Source of the DNA: Botryllus schlosseri
Lineage: Eukaryota
Reading direction: 5' to 3'
NCBI GenBank assembly: GCA_051294905.1
Contig: CM119379.1
Coordinates: 22,072,001-22,136,000 of the forward strand
Length of the DNA: 64,000 nucleotides
A program made the translations under genes and the position numbers. Positions within the stretch are counted from its first letter, which is position 1. The number at the start of each line of letters is the position of its first letter. The notes under the pieces were generated by a model that saw only the letters and a list, made by a program, of their open reading frames with translations, was not told where the DNA came from and did not search any database. Below, in pieces: positions 33,801-45,800 of this stretch.

Positions 33801-36800
33801 TTCCCGAATTTGAAGAAAACCTACTTATCGCCTATACAACAGGAGTTCACAAACTAGGGGTCGCGACCTCAATGGGGTCGTTTGCCTATTTTCTGGGGAC
33901 GCGGAGACGAACATTAAATACCGATGACTATTAGAAGAATGTCATACAAGCGGATGCTATCGGCGGCTCATTTCTGAAGATTTTAGTTCATTTTTCAAAA
34001 TACAAGAAAAAAAACAAGCGAACCCGGCAAACAAGTTATCAGGTTAGTCGAAGCGTCATTTAAAGTGCCGCATACTATAACACAAGGTTGGTAGCTGGTC
34101 ATTAGTACGAAGATTAAAGTGTCGGGGGTTTACCTTCTCGCCATCTCATCCGCGAAAGTCGTGTCTTATAAAAAGTCTAGAAATGGGCCGTGTATTAGTC
34201 GGCAGCTACGGAATAAAGAGGAAGAAAATCGGCCTGCTGTAAATGACCACTAACCATATAGTAGTCGACAAACACCATCAATACACCACTAACAAAGTGT
34301 AGGGAGCATGGAAACTAATAGGACGGCTATATTTCCTTCTGGGAAAATTACAAATGACCGGTAGTGTTATGTACTAACAATATAATACATGAACAGGACA
34401 CACGTAACAATCACGTTAATAAACACTTAGTAATCAGCACGCCAAATTGAGAGGCGAGGTCGTGGACTTTTTTCAAATCGAAATTTGAGGTCGCGACCAT
34501 AAAAACGTTGGGAGCCCCTGGCCTATAGTCTACAATCGTAGCGAAAAGATGGTACGCGAAAGCAGAACCTAACTCAGAATAAAATCGTGGTTATAAATCC
34601 TATGCATGCCCACGTGAATACATTCATCCGCCACAACGTGCGAACATCATTTGGATTAAAAATGTTGTGTTCGATTTATACCGTATGGCAGGGGTGTCAA
34701 ACATACGGCCCGCGGGCTGCATCCAGTTTCATCCGGCACGCGACGCGATTCTGAAAAATGCCTGTGTTATCCAGCACATTTCTGACAAATGTTGAAATTT
34801 TTTGTACGAAATACTTTCATTAAATATTCCCTCAATGTAGAAAATATCGAGCATATGTTCATGTTCGTAGGCCACATTACAACCATCCTTCAGCGGTGTT
34901 ATTGTTTCACTCTGGTAACCAATAGGAACAAGTTGCTGCCATTGATACCAATTTCGACAAGGCAAAAAGGGCACCTTGATTTCGCAGTTGAATGGGAAAA
35001 TGGACCAAAAGTAGTAATTTATTATAGCTGTGCCCACCGTAAATACTATTTTATTCAAATCCAAATTTTTCGACGGCAATAACTCGCTTCCACTGGTTGG
35101 AATGCAGCCAAATTTGGTGAACATCGTTTCTATAGACAACCTAACTTTGTTCTCCTGTAGCAATGCGGCTACTGGCTGGAATTGAACCAAATTTGGCGTG
35201 TAGGCTTAAATTAGGTAACCTAACAATTTTACAAGTAGCCAGTACAATTTGAGAAAAAAAGTCATTTTTTAAGACGCCTAGTGTATATAACTATTCAACC
35301 GGCCAATCATCGTAACTTTGCCTATTCCATTGTTTGCGAATAGAGGTGTTGATACCTTGATAGAATAATAAAACCCTATGTTAATGAATATTATGTTAAT
35401 AAGCTTGATATTTGAGTATTTAGGCTAAAAGACAAGGGCATGGATTTTGAGGTAACATTTTGGAATCATTAGACTGGTCCGGCCCGCGAGTGCTCTGAAG
35501 GTTTGAACCCGGCCCGCGACGCGATTTGAGTTTGACACACCCGACGTATGGTGTAAGTCTGAGGTAGGTTCTGGTTTTGCGTACAAGGGGTGTATATTCA
35601 CATCCGTATATCACGGGTGTATCATTGTGTCGTACACATCCTTCTCGCTAAGAGTACGTACGCGCACGGCATAGCCTTGACCTACCTTTGGTGAGAGGGT
35701 CTATCGGGTCCGAAGTACTGATACCATACTTGTTTTTCGCCAGCACTCGCAACTCATACGGTCCATTCAGACTTGTCTTTGTGATCGTGAAATTGTACAT
35801 GCCGCGACCCGTGGCAGGAATGCGCTTCGAAGTAGTCCACACAACATTTGCTGATTAATGTAAAATCAAAAATAACCGGACAGAAACAAAACTGATCCTG
35901 GTTTCTGATCGCTTCACCCAGTGGCGGGCAACAAACGGCCCGCGACGGGGATTTGAGCGGCCCGCAGACAGTTTCTACCCCGAAACAGAAATTTGAATCT
36001 GAAGCATGTTTTAGTTGGCCAGGTCTGAAAACATTGCAAATTTTATGGGTCACTGAATGAATCCAAGTCTGCCAACCTGAGAAAGTTGGCCTTAAAATTA
36101 CCTGCTCTGTTCGGGTCTACATACTTTTGCCAGCAAAAGGGTTTCTACGTCCGACCGACATGCAGCCGTAGTTGAAAGAACTTGTTGACAACTTTGATCT
36201 ACCACAGATGTCTCATTGACTTCAACAGCTATTGAAGTATGTTCCGGTAATAAATTGATTAAATAGTTTTTTGGTCTCTATTTTTCAAGCGTAAATTTGA
36301 CATTAAATGCGATTAAATTAAATACGCGATTAATGTATCGATTCAGAAATCAGACCCGCCAAATACTTCAGTTTCCCATATCAGGCCCGTCTACTGGAGA
36401 AGTTGACCCCTTGGCTTAACCACTGTATACAACCATGATAATTTTGTGATTTCCAAAACTTTACCTGCGTCTGTGATCCGGTGTTGAACGATATATCCGG
36501 ATATTGGAATTCCATCGTTTTCGTCTCGGGTCGAATCTCTCCATGTTACAACGAATGAGTCGGAGTTGGCGGACACCGTAGCTACCGGTTTTTCCGGTTC
36601 TAAAGGATTTCGTTAAGAGCGAGCGCGTGCACATTAATATTATTATAGGACAGTGTTACTTCGCGGAGCTACTGTCTTGGCAGTCATTCGCGAGCAATTT
36701 AACCCGATTCCTGCGATTGTCTCCACACATAGCGTAAAAACGAAACTGGTGTTTGGAGTTAGACCGTTCAGGTAAATGTATCCATCCTTCGTGTATGACG

Positions 36801-39800
36801 TGTTTGATTTTCTAAAAAAAATGATAGTTTTTTCTTATCTTTTATAAGCAGCGATATTATATGACGATATACTTCTCCCCATTTTCTTCCCAGTCATATG
36901 TCAGTACAAATCCAATAATTTCCCCGTTCCCTGCCACAGGTTCATTCCATTTCAACTTGATATCGGTCAACGAGCTCTCCATTACTTTGAAATTGTCAGG
37001 GGCCGCTGGATCTGCGGATTAAACTACAGTTACAAAATATTACCGATGCGATTGAATAGGAATAATAGGTATAGGACGTATAGTATATTTTTGTCCTTGA
37101 TGTATTTGCGGCATATACAACGACTCGTGATATGCATACACACAGGGTTACCAAATTTTGGAATCAGGAAAGGATACTTTGTCAAAATTTTCAAACTTAG
37201 AATACCGGTGGAAAATCCTGAAAAATTAGTCAGTTTTTCTCACTTCGCAGTCGTACGGTACGTATGGTAACCCTATATACACATGATCTGCGCAAATGCA
37301 TACCACGAGTTGAGTGCGTGATGTGCATATGCCGCTGGACAAGGAAGGTACAGATATAGCCTCGTAAGGCTTTATAAGTCTTGCCCCGCCCCTCCATGCT
37401 ATCCCAGTAATGTTGAGCGGCAAGCGGGGAGTTATGAGTGTTACTAATCAGGTCTTTGGTCTGACCCGGACGGGAATCGAACCCACGACCTACCGATCAA
37501 TAAGCCGGACGCTCCACCATCACGCTAGTCTTGTCGGTCAAGCGTTCATATCTATATATGAAACTGTATAGTCGTGTATGCTGTATAGGTATAAATCAGG
37601 GGTGGTCAGAATGTGATTTTATTCACCCCCATGAGATGTTGGCTATCAAATAATGATCATTGTTGTGTGGGGATGCTGTCAGTCCCCACCTGGGCAGCAC
37701 GACATTTTCAATTATGTCTATATAACGATAAAGCAGCGAGGATTAGCTCCTTCAAGTGTTGGTTTGTCAAAACTGAACGATGCTCTATTTCAGAAATTTC
37801 ATCGCCAAATAAAATGACTCACAGCATTATGTTGTGCTGAAAGCAGAAATCAGCCGAATACCTGTTGAACATTTAGTTGCGGAACCACTATTATATTCTA
37901 GCGGCGTCAACTATCGTCATCGAGCCTCGGAGAAGTATGAATACTTTGAGCTTCCAACTACCATGCCATAATCTATCGTATCTCACTTAATAAACTTTTA
38001 ATCGAATTGGGTTCCGAGCACCTAGAAATGTTGCGTTAATTATTGAAGTATCGTTGTGTAAGTTATACGCATAGCCAGTCACTGGCTCCACTTTTATACG
38101 CGGATACTGGACAGGGGACAGTCACAAATATGGGCTGGTACTCTACCATGACCAGCAGCCATATGAGGAAAGTTCATGATCGCCGACATCTATAACATCT
38201 CACTCATGTGCCTCGTTGTACTTACAATCGTAGCCTGAGCGGCCTTTGAATGACTCGGGCTCCGGTCCTTTGCCGATATTGTTATCGCTTCTCACAGCGA
38301 TGCGAAAGTCAGAATAGCTCGGTGTGTCCCTCACGGTGTATGTTGATTTGTCGCGCGTTACGAACTCCTCTTTCCACGAACAGTTGGCCAAAAGGCACCA
38401 TCTAGCGTGAATTTACATTAGCATGTTTGGTCGCTAGTAGAACTAAGCAAAATCGAGAGAGAGAGAGAGAGAGAGAGAAAGAGTACGCGAGAGATTCGAT
38501 TCTCAACCGAGCATTACTCAGAACAGTAAGAAAGATGCGGGAAGTTCAAGTAAGCATCCTTTTATGTTAACACAACGAATATAATTCCAGTTCCATACCA
38601 CATAAAGGTAATTTGGTATTTTTTCGACCAAGCTCATTTCATAGCACTTTGTCACTACACAGATATGCCATTTTATATTTTTAACTGTTAGTGGTATGGA
38701 GCGTAAAATTTCAATACCGGAAAAAGTCAATTCTCACTACTTCACTCCAATCATTAGAGTTAACACTTTATTCATATTCGAGTACTTGAATCATTTTGTG
38801 CAGCCAAATTCGCTAGTACGGGTAGAGTCTGGTGGTATATGATGCATACCTCACGGCATACCCGAATCCCGGACCGCTATGCTCAAACGGAGACAGTGGA
38901 TTCCAAGATATCACCATAGTATCGCCCGAAGATCCAATTCCAGATACGTTGTTTGGATTATATTCTGGAGCTAATTTCAGAAATGTTATTGAATGACCTA
39001 TACACTTGAGCTATCCCCATACCCTTTGCCGGCGTTAAATGCGTTGGAGTAGGTGTACTCGCTTGCAAACTTTTTCCAACATCATTTTCCGCCCAAACTC
39101 TGAAACTGTACCTCACCCACGGCTTTAAACCAACAATCGTACACTGTTCCATCCCAGATGTCGAATTGTAACGTCTCCATTCGCCAGTGACAAGATCATT
39201 TGAAGCATTTACGTCGACGTGATAGCCTGTATGTTATTCGTCATTAAATGGTTACGTGCGTGATGTGCACATAGAAAATGAAATAGTCACCAGTTATTGG
39301 AGAGTGGCCATCGAACAAGGGTGTTTTCCACGACAAGGTGCCGTTATATCCGGTATCGTTTTGAAACTGTACATCAAATGGAGGACTTGGTACATCTAAA
39401 ATAAGGGTCAGACATAGCGCCCCATTCTCCTACCTATACGACTATATACTATTACTCATAAATACAGCATAATACTTCGCGCATTTAACAATATGCCATG
39501 ATGCCATTACCAGCGATCATATTTCAGATTTGAGGGTCAAATCGATATCTACATCCACAATCAATTCCGTACCATGTCCTAATCCCTATCCGTACCCGGA
39601 AATGACAGAACTATTTTTGATTCTGTAAAGCCGAAAGTAGATTTTGGATATGCTTTCATCAATTATATGGGTGACATTGTCATGCCAATTCGTCGAGAAA
39701 GGCTCTGTATCACGATTGGGGCTGGGCACAATAATTCGAGTACTCGAGTCTGAATCGATTATTAATTCTAATGATTCGAGTCGAGTAGTAAAAGACGATT

Positions 39801-42800
39801 TTTTCGATTACTAAAACAATACGCTCCTCGCCACTTAGAGTAAGTTTATCAACGAGAATTATAGTTTCGATAGTGTTTACCACTGCGGAAGCTTTGAAAC
39901 CTTGATTGGCCGTATCGCAGCATACGAAACATAGCACTAAGCTACGAAGGATACTGGCAATAATAGATTTATGAAGTCATGATCAACCCACAACATTGTC
40001 ACAGAGTGCAATGAAGTCGGTATGGTCGAAAGAATACCAAAGTATCTTCAATATGAAGTGAAACTGGCATTATATTCTTTGTAATAGTATCATAAAAGGT
40101 ACATATTTGAACTTTGACATCTTACATACAGTTATTACGTCATAATGAGTGATACTCGAATACTCGACTCGAAGCATAATACGTCATTCAGAATCGAATC
40201 ACTCAGTTACTCGTATTTGCCCAGCCCAAATCACGATAACTGAAAATATTTTCGAAAACTGCTCTTACTGTAGTATCATTGGCGTTTTCGTTGGTCGCAA
40301 AGTTGCAACCTGAAATTTCATACGTGACCACTTCCGATCAGTGATAAAAATTTGGCAACCTTCTATTAAATCTTTTCATACATTCATTTTCTACTTCTAA
40401 CCTGTCACTGTCAAATCAAATTTGACGGAACGCTGATCCAGTTCCGTTTGCACTTCGAAAACGTATATCCCAGAATCAGATAACTTCGCGTCGACGATCT
40501 CCAGAGCGTTGCCAGTTCCCATTCGGCGGCCGTTTTTCTTTGTCCACGTTGAGCGTATCACTGCGTTTCGGTCGGTCGTTACCTAAGTGCAGTGGAATCG
40601 CATGGGGTGTTCAGAGCGGACGTATTGGCCCCGACGATTTATGACTGTAACCTTAACTTCCAATGCGATCCTGTCGCCCCGGGCAACGCTGTACTTTTCT
40701 GAATTTGGCTGGATTGTGGTGGGCGACAGAACGGTCAAGTTGATGGCCAGATGCGCAGAACCGTATTTATTGGTGGCGTTGCATGTGTAAATGTCTTCGT
40801 CGTCTACATTGATGCGCTGTATGACCAGAGTCGAGTCGGTTGTTTGGCTGATCCTACGAAAAATAACACCTATGACGGTTTTTTCCGAAGGATGCATATC
40901 GAAATATTTCAAAACAGACAACTCTCGATGAAGAAAGTGGAGTCAATCTACACTACCACCGACTCCGACTCCGTAAACTCTGAAAACTCTCAAAGTATGA
41001 ATCCAGGTTCCAACTCCTATTATTTCCTTCACAGAACTCCACCTCCAACATTCCTGTAAATCATCTTAGAAAAATACACGTTTATGACAACACCAATAGT
41101 CATTAAGATTACCAAATTATTCCCGAAGAAAGTAATCAAGTTTACGAGAGTTTGCCTAGCTGTGAATGTAGGCCTACGCCACTTTTAGTAATATAAGTCC
41201 TCGTATGATTTAAAAACTTCGACTCCAGCTAGGATATGTTTCTACAACTCTGACTTTAAATACCGTTTTACTAAATCTCCTCAGCCGTACTCTTGAGACT
41301 ATTATATTCTCGATACTATTGTATTTACTATATATCCGTGTCCATATTCGTCAAATCTATATCCTGCAATAATATATCAATTATTAGTGTTCAGTAGGTG
41401 ACGAGAGAGTGGGAATAGACATATCATGGGACACGAATACCATTGCATGGACAACTTGGACATACTGGCATGTAACTTTCAGTCACTTTCCATGGACAAG
41501 CAGGAGTAACCAGAAGTATGTTATGAGTCTTTGTTTTAACGATATGAACGGCTATACGACACACAGATACCTATTATCTCGAAGCAAATTCTTTTGCGGC
41601 TGATTTGACTTGGTCCACACCACGGTGACACCGGATGGTGGGAACATGGCGCACGTGATGTCAACTGCAGTGCCCTCTAGCTTGCGGTACAATAGTGTGT
41701 TGTTGGGCATTGCTACCGGCGGCGTAGCTGTAACAAATAGCGAAAAAATGTAAATCACAAACCGCATACCGTTTTTGGTGATCGTATAAACGTATAAATC
41801 AAAGTTTTTCGACGTATAGCGAAAAACTTCCGACAAATAGCAGTTTCGAGAAGACGTATTTGTTACGTAACCGACCCAATACGTTGATGAACCCTTGTGC
41901 CATCGTGGTTCCATGTTTGTTCGTTCCGATACACTGATATACCGCAGTGTCATCTTCATTCAAATCGTTCAGTGGAACACGCGATTTACCATGAAAGTGC
42001 GATCCTATGAAGAAAATCGATTTGAACGCGTGACTTAGCGGCCAGAACCTAACGCAGCGGAGATCGCGCGAAGAATATATTTTATTTTTGTTATTCTTGC
42101 AAACTACCAAGCTAAAATAACGTCTCGTCGCCATTCGATCCGCAAGCGGTGTCTTACAGAGCCGAGAACGAAAGTGGGCCGTGTTATTAGTTCAGGAATC
42201 ATATCATTCAAGATAATATCGGTCTGATGTTAAATGTCCATTGATGTCGGAACACCGTGAATACGAAAACAACAAACCATATCACCAGGCTGGAATCACC
42301 ATAATGCTCGGGGCAAATATCTTACATTGCCTTTTATGACCATAAAATTCCATCTTAAGTATTACATATTCAAGATTACAGCAATCATGCATGTAGATTG
42401 TAGAAGGAGCCCCTGTACAAGGCGGCTGCAATGAACTGCGTATCGCCAGAGCCTTTGTGGCTCTCGAATATTTAGCAACCTATATTTAGCGGTACGTTTT
42501 CGTATGTTAATATCGTCGAGTTTCTTCATTCTACTTAATTGAATCGACCACATTCAATGACAACCCGATAGAGTTCACACTAAAAATACAACTCACTGTA
42601 CCGGTAAGTATTTTCCCGTTTTTCATCCACGTAATCTCGGGAGCTGGCGTGCCGGCTGGTTCACAGGTCACGATTACATTGCTAGCGGGCTCCACTACTG
42701 TGTCGAAAGGTTTCATCGTTTCGTCGGCAAAATAAGGCTTGGACTCTACGATTAGTTTTACCTTACGCGCCACGGAGTTGAGTGCGTTCTCCGCAGAACA

Positions 42801-45800
42801 TCTTGGAAAATGAATGACGGGTTAGCACCAGGGATATATAAAACTTTATTTATGCGAGGTATGGTCCTTGATGGGAATCGGTCATGAAGAAGCGAACACC
42901 GTATCAACTATTTACCATCATCGTTGAAGATTATGCAATAAAAGAATGATCTACATTCGAATTCAATGAATGTGGTTATGTAGCAATTTTCAACGAACGC
43001 GTGAGAAATTAAGGCTGCGTGCAGCATAAGATATTTGTATATACTAATTTCTTGGAGGTACAGAACTTCAATATACAATTGAATACCATTAATTTCACGG
43101 TATAACAAGATCCCTCAATATGAAATACAGATTTGTGGCCATTCTGATAAATGGCCTATATATGCGCTATTTAGGATAGCGTTATCATGAAAGTTCTTAA
43201 CTAATGGCTACAAAATACTATTTTTCGCATTTGACAGAATACAGGCAAGTAAATAGTAACACCTTCAAGTTTCATTCGTGTCATAGACACGTATCGCCAC
43301 AACGATATCAAGTTAAGCAATCCTAAAAACTTGAAACTGTTTGGAAACCTTTAATTATGTTGTGACAGTGACAGCTATATAGACCACCGTAACTATGCAG
43401 TCGTGCTGCAGCCGTAGAAATTGTAAGTAAAACGGACGTGGCATATAATATAACACCACTATTCGGAGATTTCACGCCCTTCTTGATGACTTACATGTAT
43501 GTTCCCTCATCGGAATACTGCACATTCTTTATCACGAGAGTTCTGTTGAAATCAATCGCTTCGAATCGATTTTCAGAACTCCAATATACCGACGGCGTCG
43601 GACTGAAATGGAATATAGATAAATAATTTAACAGCAGTCAGATGTAATTGAGTATACAAGCGACGCGTTGAGGTATAGTTTCCAATAATCCGCTTCTAAA
43701 TTCATGCATATGTACTCACTGTCCCGTCGCTATACACGGTAAAGAAAAATCTTCTCCCCGCATGACCACGATGGAAGCCTCATTCGATTTTGGATACACA
43801 ATTTGCGCTGATTTATCATTGAATTCAACATCTGTATAGTAAGGGGTAATTCTAGTAATATAACGAAATAAGGCATGCATAATAACCCATACACGGAACT
43901 AACCATTTGTGACTCTTATGGTGTGGTGGATGGAATCGATAGAAGTGCGCGTAGCAAGATACTTCCAGGAGCAATAAAAGACCAAGCCATTATCAGAAGA
44001 AACGACATTCGAGAAGATAATACTGCCATCGGGAGCCTTAAGAAAATTGACATCAATTCAATATAAAAACATAGTAATACTGTGTGTATATACAATAGTT
44101 GTTCCTATACGAACCTGTGCAATTCTGTTGGACTTTTCAAAATCGTCAGTCTTAAACTGCCAGTTGACTCCGACCTCGTTTGAATTACCGTCGGGCCGGA
44201 CACAAGGTTTAATCAACGGGTCACCGAGTGCAACTGTAATTTCATCATCTTCAGGTGTTATAAAGGGTGGAGCTGAAACGGAATTCACCAGGGCTTGAGA
44301 TTCGTTTCTACAAAAGCATCGGTCGCTCTTACTGGTCCCGATCCTGACAACGGCCTTTGTTGACAGCGCCGTGCCCCACTTATTTTTAGCGAAGCATTGG
44401 TACGTGCCTTCGAAATCGCGATTTATAGCGGAACTTGAGTTGCCAGGCTCACTGAAAAGAGCGAGTTGTCAATTAGTAACATCTCGTCATTGTGCGCGAG
44501 TAGAATGCACTGGAATGATCCCAAAGTTTCTGATTACTTCGATTCCCATTGCGTGACTGCATAGGGCCGTTATAAAGGAAACAGCGAATGCGTATTAGGG
44601 TTTGCAGTCATAGATATGCAGATACCAGTTCTGACAACGTAATTAAAAATATGCCAAGTCGACAACTAACGATTGTAATGGCTCTCAGTGCTGAGGTGGT
44701 CACTGACACATTTCGGGAAAGCCATAGACCAGACCTGGGCATTCTGGGCAATGGGCGGCCCGCGACGTGATTTTGAGCGGCCCACGAAACGTTGGCTGTA
44801 ATTGAGAACATAAAACCTATTCTTAAATGTTAATCTGTGGACAAAAATCATTGGCCGTATAAATTGAACCGTACATTCGTTCGCTGTGAAACCGACTGTC
44901 GAAATCCCAAGAAGATTCGGAGCACTAAAGATTTGTTTACTGGAGTCAGGGGTGATGTCGAACTACTTCAGGAAAAATCACGTTCTATGTCAGTGGGCTT
45001 AGTAATGTATTATATGAGATTAAAAGTGTTAATGATACAAAGTTTCGTCCGCTAATGTCACTGCAATCTTCTCACGACTCCACGTCACGCGTTGGAAATT
45101 CAGGGAGTAGCCGAAGAAATCAACCTAGAATTCGGGGTATCGGACGAATATCTCGCCGGACTTGTTAGCGACTGAATTGCATTTCCTTATTGTGTGTTTC
45201 GATTTTGAGCCAATTTGAGCCAACCATCATTATCAATCGGTGTTGTTTATTCTCTAGATACATTCAATCGCGGGTTTAGGTAATTTGGTTGCTTCGCGGT
45301 AGGGACGGTTGTGATTAATGCATGGTTTTTAAAACTTTGTTATATATACAATATACATCCAATCACTGTGTGCTTACGTTCCGTCGTACTCCGTTTTTAC
45401 TCATTTTAGTTTCTTGGGCATCATTTGGATTAAAATGCTGTGTTTGATTTATACAGCAGTATAATACTGAGGTAGGTTTTGTTATCGTGTAGCGTGGACT
45501 ACCACCTTTAAGGGGTGAAAACACACTACAGATTCTTTTCTTTTAGGGTGCAGCAAATGGTAGGATATGCAGACTGCAGACATTGGGCATTGCCATATAT
45601 ATATTATATATATAACAGGAAGCCTATGAATATGTATGGATATTGGCAATGTTCAAGTGTTAGCTTTCCAACCTGAATGTGACAGAGCCATGTGGTCCTG
45701 GCATAATCAATTCAAGCGAGCCTCTTCCACTGTGCAAGCGATTGACTTTCACCCTCTTGCCATCCTTCTTCCAATGGTAACTGTTCGAACAACATAGCAT

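Noticed and set aside
33168-34520. One continuous Charlie-type element
   Set aside because: The ends look hAT-like but the flanking 8-mers do not match (AATTAGAC versus GCCTATAG). Probably fragments of separate insertions.
34729-35190. 153-aa ORF
   Set aside because: Lies inside an 855-bp MITE, has no transposase motifs, and the sister copy at 50707-51594 shows no matching ORF.
36100-36228. Extra L1 exon (open segment AVEVNETSVVDQSC...)
   Set aside because: Phase 1 to 2 would break the frame between two exons that already join correctly, and it has no FnIII character.
37460-37535. Functional tRNA gene
   Set aside because: A and B boxes are present, but no clean cloverleaf or acceptor stem, and it continues into a SINE-like body.
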